A DNA stretch of 63,080 nt, the filler included, from Intoshia linei (Eukaryota; Animalia; Orthonectida), in NCBI GenBank assembly GCA_001642005.1. It is 7 parts of 7 records of this genome, joined end to end, with 100 filler letters (N's around TTAATTAATTAA, not from the genome) between each part and the next. Parts side by side here need not be neighbours in the genome. Positions count along the whole stretch, not along the records: positions 1 to 15,316 come from LWCA01000914.1; positions 15,417 to 25,510 come from LWCA01001320.1; 5 more parts are not named here. The stretch is one strand, 5' to 3'. The notes beneath the pieces were generated by a model that was not told the origin of the DNA, did no database searches, and saw nothing but the letters and a program-made list of their open reading frames with translations. A program made the translations under genes and the position numbers. Shown here in pieces: positions 13,501 through 24,640 of the stretch. Position 1 is the first letter of the stretch. The number at the start of each line of letters is the position of its first letter.

Positions 13501-14480
13501 ATTTATATCATGTATATATTATATATAGTGTACATCAGGGATCGGAAACCAGTTGCCCGCGGGCCAACAGAATAATTTTAGTGATCCTTTGAGTAAATAT
13601 TTTAACTATTTATTTTTAAATTTTTCAACTTTAAAACATCGTTTTAAACAATTTCTGCTATAATTAGCTGATTATAATTATTTTAATACTGAATTTTCAG
13701 ATCGTCCCGAATTTTATTTTGTTGAATATACTAGATATCCTCTTCTGTTCAATTGAAATCTATCATGTGTAAATTTTCAAAAATAGGCCCATATAATTTT
13801 TTGATATAAAAAAGTGGTAAACAAGATGAAAAAGGTTCCCGAGCCCTGGTGTACAGTGTACGACATTTAATAATCATTGTGTAACCAATTACCTGTCATG
13901 TGTATCTGATTCATTATAATGGATTATAAATGATATGATTTAAAGTCAAAATAGTTTCGATAAATTAAATGTAATTTTCATAAAGTAAAATTTACATTAT
14001 AATGATTCACCCAAAAAATAAATAACTCAACATTGTATTACTATTTGGATATGTAGGAAGTTATTATGATTATAATTATAATGGATTATGAAATAAAAGA
14101 AATATAAAAAAAAAATATATTTGAAATTTTAGTAATTAAATATTTATCTAATATTATAAATTTAAATTCTGAATTTCATAAAAAAATGCAGCAAGAGAAT
14201 CACTCGAAAACTAAATTTGTAGTTAAAATATTAATTATTGGTGTACCCCTAAAAATTAATAAAATGGCCCCAATTGGTTAGTTTATTTATATTTATCGAC
14301 ATAAATATGTATGATATAAATATGCATTTCAATTTACTAGTTTGTAATTCATTTTTTTTATTTATTATGTTGATTTTATTTTTTTAATCGTACTATTCTA
14401 TAAATTTTATGAAATTTATGTTAGCGAGTAAATTACTATTTTCAAATTACTAAAAATATTAAATATATTTTATATAGTTT
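1566..14480 (+). CDS. Candidate micro-exon gene: signal-peptide-like exon, 15-nt exon and about 42 three-nucleotide exons; small hydrophobic protein; 3' end not seen
   Basis: Exon 1 is 1566-1614 (MRFSQFIVIVLVVTFY+G, donor gtatgt). Exon 2 is 2209-2223 (ttttag|...|gtaagt). A dense + strand series of AG|NNN|GTA units runs from 2337 to 14480. Concatenated in phase 1, they contain no stop codon. Confidence 0.65.
3485..4308. mobile_element. pogo/Tigger-like non-autonomous TIR element
   Basis: Left end TA|cagtctaagtccttattaacggaa. Right TIR ttccgttaataagg..acttagact, split by a hAT insertion. Confidence 0.7.
4009..4298. mobile_element. hAT (Charlie/Buster-like) MITE nested in the right TIR of the pogo-like element
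   Basis: TIRs caggggtgcacaacc / ggttgtgtacccctg. Degenerate 8-bp TSD aattagaa/acttagac. A truncated related copy starts at 4842. Confidence 0.8.
12032..12398. mobile_element. hAT-type MITE
   Basis: TIRs cagagccgttataag / cttaagatgactctg. Perfect 8-bp TSD ctcgcatg at 12024-12031 and 12399-12406. Confidence 0.85.
13536..13848. mobile_element. hAT-type MITE
   Basis: TIRs cagggatcggaaacc / ggttcccgagccctg. TSD gtgtacat/gtgtacag (7/8 match). Confidence 0.8.
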
Positions 14481-14517
14481 GTAAGTTTTGATATACATAA
14501 TTTGATGTATATCAATA

Positions 14518-15316
14518 CACTACGTTCCAAATTATTAGGTAAGTGTTGAAATGTGGCATTTCACTGCTTTAAAACTGTTAAAATTTAACAATTTTTTTTA
14601 CGTTAACTCGTAGACCTTGTGAAAGAACATCTTCGAAATTTCAGAAAAATAGTAAAATTATTTGACGAGTTTTTAAAATATATTGGTTTTTGACCGTTCC
14701 AAATTATTAGGTAAGTTATACAATTGATCACTTTAACTTATTAATTGTTCTTGAAAAACATAAATATTTATCACAAAATAACATTTAATGTTATATAATT
14801 AAATTAAATTAAACTAATTAAACAAACAACACTATAAAAAAAGAAATATATTATTTAGTAATTGATGTAGTCACCTTGGTTTTCTACGATCTTCAGAAAT
14901 CTATTGTCCATTGACCCGGTCAACATTTTTATTTGTACTGGGTTAATGGACTTTGCAGCATCTACAATTACACACCCCAGGTCATTTGCGCTGGAATACT
15001 GAGTGTTGTTTGAATATACTACTCTTTTTATGATTGACCACATATTTTCAATGCAGTTGAGATCAGGGGACAAAGCCGGCCAAACCATTAATTTTTCGTT
15101 TTTGAAATGCTTTGATGCTAGAACCGATTTGGTATCATTAGCTGAGTGACATGGTGCATTGTCTTGCATAAAAACTAGACCCCTTTTGAACTTTTGTGTC
15201 TGTCGAGAATACCATGGAAAGAAATTGTCATTTAAAAACTGGATATACGTGAAACTATCGACTCTAGCCCCTGCAGTGTGTCTAAATGGTCCAACAAGCT
15301 TATCACCTACAATTGC
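14518..15316 (-). mobile_element. Tc1-like transposon, 3' part with DDE transposase C-terminus (runs into gap)
   Basis: ORF 14855..15169(-) contains QDNAPCH and WPALSPDLNCIENMW motifs. Terminus TA|CACTACGTTCCAAATTATTAGGTAAGT, with an inner direct repeat at 14695-14716. Confidence 0.92.
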
Positions 15317-15416
15317 NNNNNNNNNNNNNNNNNNNNNNNNNNNNNNNNNNNNNNNNNNNNTTAATTAATTAANNNNNNNNNNNNNNNNNNNNNNNNNNNN
15401 NNNNNNNNNNNNNNNN
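15317..15416. other. Assembly gap with TTAATTAATTAA linker (also 25511-25610, 40363-40462, 52224-52323, 57080-57179, 61801-61900)
   Basis: The same N44-TTAATTAATTAA-N44 structure occurs six times. It is an artificial scaffolding spacer. Confidence 0.97.
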
Positions 15417-16699
15417 ATCTTTCATCTTCATCATTTAATTTTTTGGTTTTATCATGTAAATCCATAATTTAATTAAATGTTGGCTCAGTATTTTTTACAT
15501 TTTTTCTATCGTTTTTATTTCTGTTTATGAATTTTTGATAATTTTTTATAACTGAACGAACTTTCAATNTTTTTGATAATTTTTTATAACTGAACTAACT
15601 TTCAATTTAACAAAAGATAAATTAATTGATTTCAAACTAAATTTTAACTATAATGAATGTAATTCGCACGCTACATAATCTGATATTTTAATAGTTAAGA
15701 TAGTATATTGATTTTGTAGATAATGATACCGTTATATATGAATCCAATAATGACTCTATTTTGCGGTAAGCGAGACAAGTCGGTCAAGCATTTGTCAGTT
15801 GTCATTCCATATGATTTACTTCTACATTTATTAAGTCTATTAAAATTAACTTTTTCTCTATTCATTAGCTTATATAATAATAATAAATCCAATTTATTAA
15901 GAAACGTGTAGTATTCAAGATACAATTGGTTTTGTTATATAGATNCCATATGATTTACATCAACATTTATTAAGTCTATTCAAATTAACTTTTTCTCTAT
16001 TCATTAGCTTATATAATAATACTAAATCCAATTTATTAAGAAACGTGTAGTATTCAAGATACAATTTGTGTTGTTATATAGATAGTTTAGTTTACTACTT
16101 ATTGAAATAAGGATTAATTCACAATTAAAATGTACAACATTACAAATGTATACGTTTTAATAATAATTATAAAAATAGTATTTCAAATAACTTTAACGTT
16201 ATATTAATTTATATTTAAATATGTACGGGTCCCCGCCTGAGCAAATGTTAATATCATGGTCTATATATTTTTATATACCATCCTTGAGGTAAATAGGAAA
16301 CATTGGCAAGGTATACTTTTTCTATAAAAAAAAGTTGGACACCCTAATTTCTATTACAGTTTTTTCCGGGTATTGGTAACATAAATTTCAACTTCTCATC
16401 TTACAGGTCAAAAAACCTATTTATCCTTTTTTTTTGAAAACCAAACAAGTTCGAGAATTTAAAAAAATATACACTGTGATACGGATTTTATAATCATATA
16501 TTTAAATTTAAAAAAAATATATCTTCATAGCCAAAACCACAAATTACCATTTTTTTAATCAAAACAGCCTTTAAATTTAAAAAAAATTACAGGTGGTACA
16601 GTTGTACCCTGTTAATATATATTATCAACTAATATTTTTTAAATATTAGTTGATAATAAAAATTGACAATATAAATATTGATCCTACAATACCAAAAAA

Positions 16700-17602
16700 A
16701 TGTGCATTCAACGTTTACTCATTTCCAATAAAAAAATATGGGTGAAAATCTATATAATTCATTCCTTCGCAATTTTTAAATCTCAAATTCTCACTATCAA
16801 AACATTTTGTTTAAAATTTAAATTAAAACTACAACAACAAATTACTAAAAGTAATACAACTTTGTTATTATAATTTTTATATTTATTACAATCCTTTGCA
16901 ATATTGGTAAAATTCCCTGCAAAATATGTTTATAAAGTGCTAATTCAGTTAATCATTGATATTTTTAAGTATTTATTAAATTGGAACTGAATATATATTA
17001 TCACATTGATAATGACAAAATAGGTTTTTATAATTTTATTTTTTTTGGAATTTATGCTATTTATACAAAATTTTTAATGAGTGTTTTTACTTTATTGTTA
17101 AGATTATACAACTCATTCTGTCTAATAAATTATTTCTTTAATTTTATTTTTTCTGGAATTTATGCTATTTATGACAATTTTTAGGATTGGACATTTTTAC
17201 TTTTTTTTAATATTATACACACATTCTGTCTAAAAAATTAAAAAATGGGATAAAAATTGTTTTTAAAATTTTTCACATTAATATTAACAAAAAAAATTAA
17301 GATGAAATAATTCACTTTAAAGTAAAATGTAATGTGATATGACAGTTCCAGCTGAAAAAAAGTTTGAGAACCACTCCTTTAAAGGATTGATAATAGTGAA
17401 TAGTAGGATTTTTAAGTTAGATGTAAATTTATTTTTTGGTAGTATAAAAATGTTCCCTCGGTAGAACTAGGCTACGGGGATTGATAATAGTGAATAGTAG
17501 AATTTTTAAGTTAGATTTTCAACGTGAATTTTCACGTATAATAAAAATGTGCTCTCGGCAGAGATAGATGCGTTTGTACGTAGTACATAACAGTCAACCT
17601 GG
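16700..17602 (+). mobile_element. Non-autonomous Helitron-like family copy
   Basis: Ends in the hairpin tgtac-gta-gtaca, 11 nt, then CTGG. The body is shared with copies at 19314, 24387, 39350, 45746, 49213 and 54264-55607. The left boundary is approximate. Confidence 0.7.
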
Positions 17603-19313
17603 CATTTTATATTACTTGTTGTGTGAAATTTTTTCTAGGTAAAAATTCAATAGGACCAGAGCAGTGGCTTAGATATATACTATAAATCTTCACGTCGTAA
17701 CTAAATTTTAACAATTAAAATTAACATGTATATAAGTACTGTAGCGCAATAACAAATTAAATTTTAAAAAAGGGCTTTCAAATGCGCATTGCGCATTTGA
17801 CGCGGACGTAAAATTTTTATATTTTAAAAATTTCTATAATGAATCTAATGTGATAAAAAGTAACAAATATTAAAATTTTAGCGGGTATTCTATTATAACT
17901 AACGATTATAAATAGCTATTTTACAATAGTCATTTTCTGTGGTATTTTTAATGAATTTAGACCAATTTTCAACTTTAAAAATGTATCTTAATATCCTTAT
18001 CAAGCTTAGTACATCAATGAAAAAAAATTATATTAAAAAAACTGGAAAAAGTTATGATTTATCAATGATCGTATTTAATCATCGGGTGAAATGATCCATA
18101 ACTATATATATGCAGATAAGGAAAAAATATGAATTATACATATAAAAATAATTAAATCCTCAACCATACCTTCAAATTCACTTTTATTAAATATTTATTA
18201 CATTACGCCACACTTATAATGACTTATATTATATTAGAGTTAGAATAGAATATTGTTAATTACCTATGTTTTTCGGCATTATATGTAAACATGGAAAGAC
18301 CTAAATAATATTATTTAAGTATTCACTCTTTTACCGGCATTACATTTGACAAAGTATACATTTCTTACAACCATGAATAATACTAAAAATCAATACCATT
18401 TACACTGTCATTCTAACAGGCGTGTCACAACTGTTTAAAATTAGCTTGTATTTATAGCGTCAGTATTTTAAATAGTTTGTCAGTATAAATATAAGTATAA
18501 AGTAATAGTATAAGTATAAATAAAAGTAAAATATAAATAATTTATTGTCAGTATTTAAATTGGAATGGCAGTACAAAAAATTACTTTGTCAGAACTTTAA
18601 ATATACTGTCAGTATATACTGACACATATGTAATTGAATACTGACATTTTAATATTTATACTGACAATTTTTGTTGAAAATACTGAAAATTTTTTATTAA
18701 AATCCTGACAGTTTCGGTAATTAAATACTGACAAATGAAATACTGGCCTTTAAAATTTAATATACACTTGTACTATTTTTTATACCTGTGTATTAAACAA
18801 AAACTGCACAAATTTCTTATTAATTCAAAATTTATCAAAAAATTACACAATTACTGTTCAAAAAGAAACGACTTCATAACAAATTGTTCAAAAACTAATT
18901 TTTTTCATTATAATAACATAATGAAGTTTTATCAAAAATTTGTTAATTGAAAAATGAGTCAAAAAACAAGTGAAACTATTCAGAAAGCACCGACTTTGAC
19001 TAACAATCCTAAACTAACGTAGTAGAATTTTCACGATCATATGAGCCAATATGTCTCAATAGGGCCATGTGGCCTATTTTTGGTAAAAATTTTTTATTTT
19101 GTAGATTTTGCAGAATTATCTTAGAATATTCCAATTTTCCTTCATTTTTATGAAAATTTAATTAACTTTTCAGGTAATTAATTATTTCAAATTTTTTGTT
19201 AATAAAATAGTTTAAAAATAAAAAAAAATTGATATTAAAGTGCATTTTTGACTGTGAAATCATCACTTTTCTAGATTGAAATTTTTTCTATGTGTTAACA
19301 GAATATAAATGTA

Positions 19314-19560
19314 CTAGGTTGACTGTTATGTACTACGTACAAACAGGACCTAGCTTTGCCGAGGGCACATTTTTATTATACCAAAAAAATAAATTAACGT
19401 TGAAAATCTAACCTAAAAATCCTACTATTCACTACTATCAATCCTTTAAAGAAGTGGTTCCCAAATTTGTTTCAGCTGGAACCGTCATATCACATTACAT
19501 TTTATCTTGAAGTGAATTATTCCATCTTAATTTTTTGTTTGTTATCATCTGTAAAATTTT
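19314..19560 (-). mobile_element. Helitron-like family copy (3' end)
   Basis: a|ctaggttgactgttatgtactacgtac is the reverse complement of hairpin + CTAG|T. Confidence 0.72.
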
Positions 19561-21401
19561 TATAAATTCTAGAGCTGTTTTCATTTTTAAAAACAGGGTA
19601 AATGATTTTGATCGTGAAATAATCGTTTTTGATGCTGCCATCTATGATAATGTTTGATGCGGACCATAACAAGCTTATCAATGTAAATTATAGATTTTCA
19701 TTAATAAATACCAATTTGAAAGAGTTCATTAGCATCACAAATTGTCTTAAAATCTTTGTAAATTTCAGAAATGTTGAGATGTTGATAAGATTTCATCGGA
19801 TCAAAGTTTGGTAAAGCACCGAATTCAGTATCGACAGCTATTTAAATTATAGTGTATAATGGTGTAAATGTTTAAATTTGACATATAAAATAGTTTATAG
19901 TCAAAAAAATTAAGTTTGTTATAATGTTAGGCTCGAAAACATAAGGCTCCAATTTTACAAAAATTTCGTCGAGGCCAAAAAGGGGTTTCGTTATTATAGG
20001 CTATGTATATTGTACAATGTACACTTTTATACTAAGAATTCAAAAATCTAGGATTGAATGTCTGACAATGACAGAAATTAAAAAAAATAATAAATTATTT
20101 TCAGTAAATTTAATATCTTTGCGTTTTGCCATTAACGACGCAATGTCAAAGAAATGTTTTCATAAAATAAACACTAACTTTGTTGGTATTATATTTTCAA
20201 ATCTATTTGAAATTGGGTCATAATTTTATACATATATTTTAATCACTGGAGTTAATCAATTAAGGGAGGAACAAAATATTTGATGCAATGTTTGTGGTAA
20301 GTATAAAATACAACAATGTGTTAATTTACAATTTTATTTTTGTTGAGTGTATTTTTTGAGACAATTGATTAGTTTTCGTAATCTTTTTTGCATTGGGTGG
20401 ATTTTAAGTAATTGAAACTTTATAGCACTGTAGCCAATATTTAAATTTCAATGTTTATATATTTTGAATGAACTTACTGTTCATAGTTGTAGAATGAAAA
20501 ACTACAACTGTATGGCAAGAAACTGTTTTTTATGTATTCTAAAAACTTTGAAAAAATGGTACGCGAAATTTAAATTTCTGCTGTGTCTAAGTAAAATTGG
20601 AATCATGTCACTTACAAAATAATAATGTACCAAATTTTAAACTGCACAGTTTATTAATGTAATTAATTTTTTCCTGACACGAAATTTTTCATTTTGGAAA
20701 GACACATAATAATCAAATTAATGTAACACTACATGTATAAAAAAGATTTTAGAGTTAAACTTTACCGAATCATTTTAAAAATTGTGGATGTTTTTTGATT
20801 TTTAAATACCTTTTACACCGGTCCGGAAAATGTTGATCTGTTTATTGAAGAGTGTCTGGTGCCAAGACCAAGAATTAACAAAAAATTACCGATAAAGTCA
20901 CATTGTTTGGCATCACTGAGTAGTTCATCTTTATGTTGGGCAAAATTTTCTTTGGTCAAATAATTTACATACATTTTCGAATATCGATGTAAATTTTAAA
21001 TAAAGATCAATGTTCACGTAACGTATGGCATTGAGACATGGAAAAACGTGAATCTACAAAATTGTATATTGTTTTGTTTAAATAATGATTCATTATTGGT
21101 ATATTTTGTCATTGAAGTGAACGTGGATGATTATGTGTAAACAAGTTGTATTTACAATAATTTCCATTTTAAAAAATATGCAACTTTTAACTCTTTCTTT
21201 TAAATTTTATATCAACTAGATTGATTAAAATCCGTATCAGCGTATATATTTGTTTAAATTCTTTAACTCGTTTGATTTACAAAAAAAGACAATTGGGGTT
21301 TTTGACCGGTAAGGTGTGAGTTTAGTCGGTTGAAATATATCTTATTATCATCCGGAAAAAAACTGTAATTGAAATGTGGACTTTATAAAATTCTAAGACT
21401 A

Positions 21402-21780
21402 CAGTGCGCGACATAAGACTTAGGCACTCCCATTGTAATTAATTTAACCACTCCTGGTTCATGATTTAAGACATTTTCTTATATCATATTTAACAACCCT
21501 AAAAAAGTAAAAACTATAAAAATTTTTTAATAATTAATGAAATATAGGTATTTTTAATTAAAATTGCAAAATCTTGAGCGACATAAGTTTTAGGCACCTT
21601 CATAATTTCAATTAAACTAAATTAAATTTTAATAAAAACTAAAATATAATGATCTCTAAATGAAATATTATTATTTTTTTAGCAAATGACGCGCATAAGT
21701 GACGACAAAAAATGCAATGTTGTGTCCTTATTCAAGGAAAGAAAAAGTCAGGTTTTTATTTATATAAAAATAGTTGTATT
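21402..21780 (+). mobile_element. Tc1-like IR/DR left end with truncated transposase start
   Basis: TA|CAGTGCGCGACATAAGACTTAGGCAC, with an inner repeat gcgacataagttttaggcac near 21578. ATG at 21686 gives MTRISDDKKCNVVSLFKERKSQ. Confidence 0.7.
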
Positions 21781-22208
21781 TGGTAAATTTTCTTCAGTAA
21801 ATTTGACATTACTAATTCAATTGTGGCAAGTAAAATAAAATAAAATTATAAATCGTAAAATTGATATAAAAACTGTGCAACTTAATAGCATTTCAAAATA
21901 TTAATTTACTTTTAATTATAAAAGTTAAATGTTTCTGAAAAATATTTTTTGGGTGTCATCACCATAAAATCATTTTATTTTGTAATATTTGTTGGTTCTG
22001 CAAATTTTCATTTGTAACTGGGGTTTGTAGGAACCAATTTTATCCTTTAAATTTGGAAATTTATGTATATTTGATTTTAACTCATATATAATAATATTTT
22101 TGTTTTGATGCTGAATTAATTAGATCTGACTATGATTGCCTCTATTAAAGTCAAATAGTTATTACAATAAATAATTATTTATTTAAATTGATTAAATTAT
22201 TCAAAAAA

Positions 22209-23120
22209 TCAAAATATACTACTAAATGTGATATTTTTAACAGAATTTGAAATAATCCATTGGGGTCTTGCTATATCTCGATTAATATGATCGTAAATTG
22301 TTTTGATTATTTGTAAATTATGCAAAATACCAACATGGGTTGTATGCGGATATTGCCTATGATATCTTAAGTGTGTTAAATTGGACCATGTAGTGCATCG
22401 TGCTAGGGATTCATAGTTTACTATACCATCAGCTTTTTCATAGTATTGTTTCGGATTATTATGTGGATAGTTGGTGTTCTTGTAATCCAATTGTTTAAGA
22501 GTATCAATGCCACTTCCATAAAAACACATTGAATCGACTTTTGGCTCTTTAGTATCAGCTATAAACGTTCTTACTTCTGACCATCTGCATAACCCGAGTG
22601 GATCATCAAGATTGAACGTTTTATATAATTTATCAATATTTTTAATTGTATAATTTCCCTTTTTGGTCAATACCCATGGTTCATCAGACGTCCGTTTACC
22701 GGGAGATGGAAAAAGTGAAACTGCCGAGTTCCAAGATGACAATAATTTTATCCAGTTTTTGGGTTTGTCCAGAAAATGTTAAAATTGTCACCTAAAAAGT
22801 AGTAATCATTGTTTTATAGAATGAATACCAACTAATATGCCTTGAATTGTTTTCATGGAACCACTGAAAGGACCACTGATTGGAATTTTTAGTTTTATGT
22901 AATAATCTTTCCACGTTTGAGATTTACTATTCAGAAAATTCAGTGAAACAAGGCAACTCATCGAATGCGCTACAATTGTTACCCTTTTTTTATTCACGTT
23001 GTACATTTTTCTATTAATTTGCCCACTTTGTCATAATATAAATCATCTAACTCAAAATATAATTATATGCATTATTTATTTACTAGGTATATTTCTAAAG
23101 TCGAAAGGTGCAGCAGCCAT
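22209..23120 (-). CDS. Group XV phospholipase A2 / LCAT-like lipase, 3' exons (possibly a pseudogene)
   Basis: AAPFDFR exon near 23085-23120, nucleophile motif VAHSMS, GDN, ADGIV (catalytic Asp region) and HVGIL (catalytic His). Apparent 1-nt frameshift in an A-run near 22755. 5' exons not found. Confidence 0.85.
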
Positions 23121-23788
23121 TTTCACGGTAAAAAACCCAAATTATTTTTTTTTATAAAAATTTAAACAGCCCTAGAATTTAAAAACAAATATCGATGACA
23201 CAGTTATATCCTGTTAACACACCCAAAAAATTTCAATCTGAATAAGTGACGCCTTCACGGCCAAAAACGTACTTTAATATTCATTTTTTTATTTCGAAAC
23301 TATTTTATTAAAACAAAAAATGGTAAATAATTAACCGTCCGAAAATTAAAAAAAAGGTTGTTTTAATAGAGCTGATTCCATTTGATATAAATACAAAAAT
23401 TTCACCCCAGAAATCTACGCATTAATGGTGAAAAATAATTTTTAACATATTATACAGGACAACATTTTACAGTTCTTCACGGAATCTTCACTTTATAAAT
23501 ATATTTCAGGTGAATTTTACCAATATTGCAAAGGATTGTAATAAATATAAAAATGATAATAACAAAGTTGTATTACTTTTAGAGCCACCAGTACGTCCCT
23601 TCATTTCTCGATAATACCGTTTGATTTGTTTAATCCAGTAGTTTCCGATTGGGGTCCAAAACTATATGCCTGGGGGTCCGTGAGATTCAAATAAAATATA
23701 AAAAAATTTTCAGTAACATGGTCTGAATAACAATTTTGCATACTATTCCCAACATCAAATTATTTTTTATCAAGTTTCGTTAATACAG

Positions 23789-24236
23789 CAGGGTTGATCA
23801 GCCTTTTTTTCATGGGATCGACTTTAAAACTTTTCAATGAGTGCGATCGAATAATACAATTAACTAGTAGATTGACTAGAAAAATGTTTCTGATCGGAAC
23901 CTCCATTTCTGTATTTTAGAAAAATCGCCTTACAAAATCATATAAATCATATAATCATATAAATTATGAAATTTATAACTTAATATTTTTAGTTTGATCT
24001 CAGAAAACATAAAAATTAAAATTCGGAATATTTCCAAGCACTTTTGCTGTATATTTAAAAATGTCAAAATCGGCATCATTAATTAATTTTAACAACATAA
24101 AAAAATAAATTATATGCATGTATATCAATATTAAAATAGACATCATTTTAATAACGAGTGTTAAAATTAATTCTGATTTTTTAATTTTGGCGATCGACTA
24201 GAAAATCATCTGCGATCGACAGGTTGGGAACCCCTG
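23789..24236. mobile_element. hAT-type MITE
   Basis: TIRs cagggttgatcagcc / ggttgggaacccctg, subterminal gatcgac motifs, TSD taatacag/atatacag. Confidence 0.7.
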
Positions 24237-24386
24237 ATATACAGTATCCAGTAGTCTTTCAAAGACAAAATTTGCATTAACAATAATTATAATTGTAAAT
24301 TAAAATCAAGGCTCGTGTATTAATTTTAAAACTAATCAAACTTTAAATTTATTTATTATATTTAATGAAAATTAAATTATAATAAA

Positions 24387-24640
24387 CTAGCTTGACTGTT
24401 ATGTACTTTGTACAAGCAGCATTCTAGCTCTGCCGAGGGCGGACATTTTTATTCTACCAGAAAAATAAATTCAATAAAAAAATGTAAACTAAAAATGCTA
24501 ATATTCACTATTATAAATCATTTAAAGGAGTGGTTCCAAACTTGTTACACGTGGACCCGTCATATCATATTACCTCTTAATTTAAAGTGAATTATACCAC
24601 GTTAAATTTATTTTGTTAACATTTATTTAAAAAATTTTCA
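24387..24640 (-). mobile_element. Helitron-like family copy (3' end)
   Basis: a|ctagcttgactgttatgtactttgtac terminus followed by the family body. Confidence 0.68.

Noticed and set aside
15361-15372. Recurrent TTAATTAATTAA within N runs
   Set aside because: Artificial scaffold linker. ORFs crossing it are invalid.
15530-16083. Tandem duplications (about 38 bp and 138 bp), each split by a single n
   Set aside because: Probably overlapping contig or haplotype ends joined by the assembler.
20600-21130. GC-richer coding-like stretch
   Set aside because: No intact frame or identifiable motif. Probably a decayed transposon.
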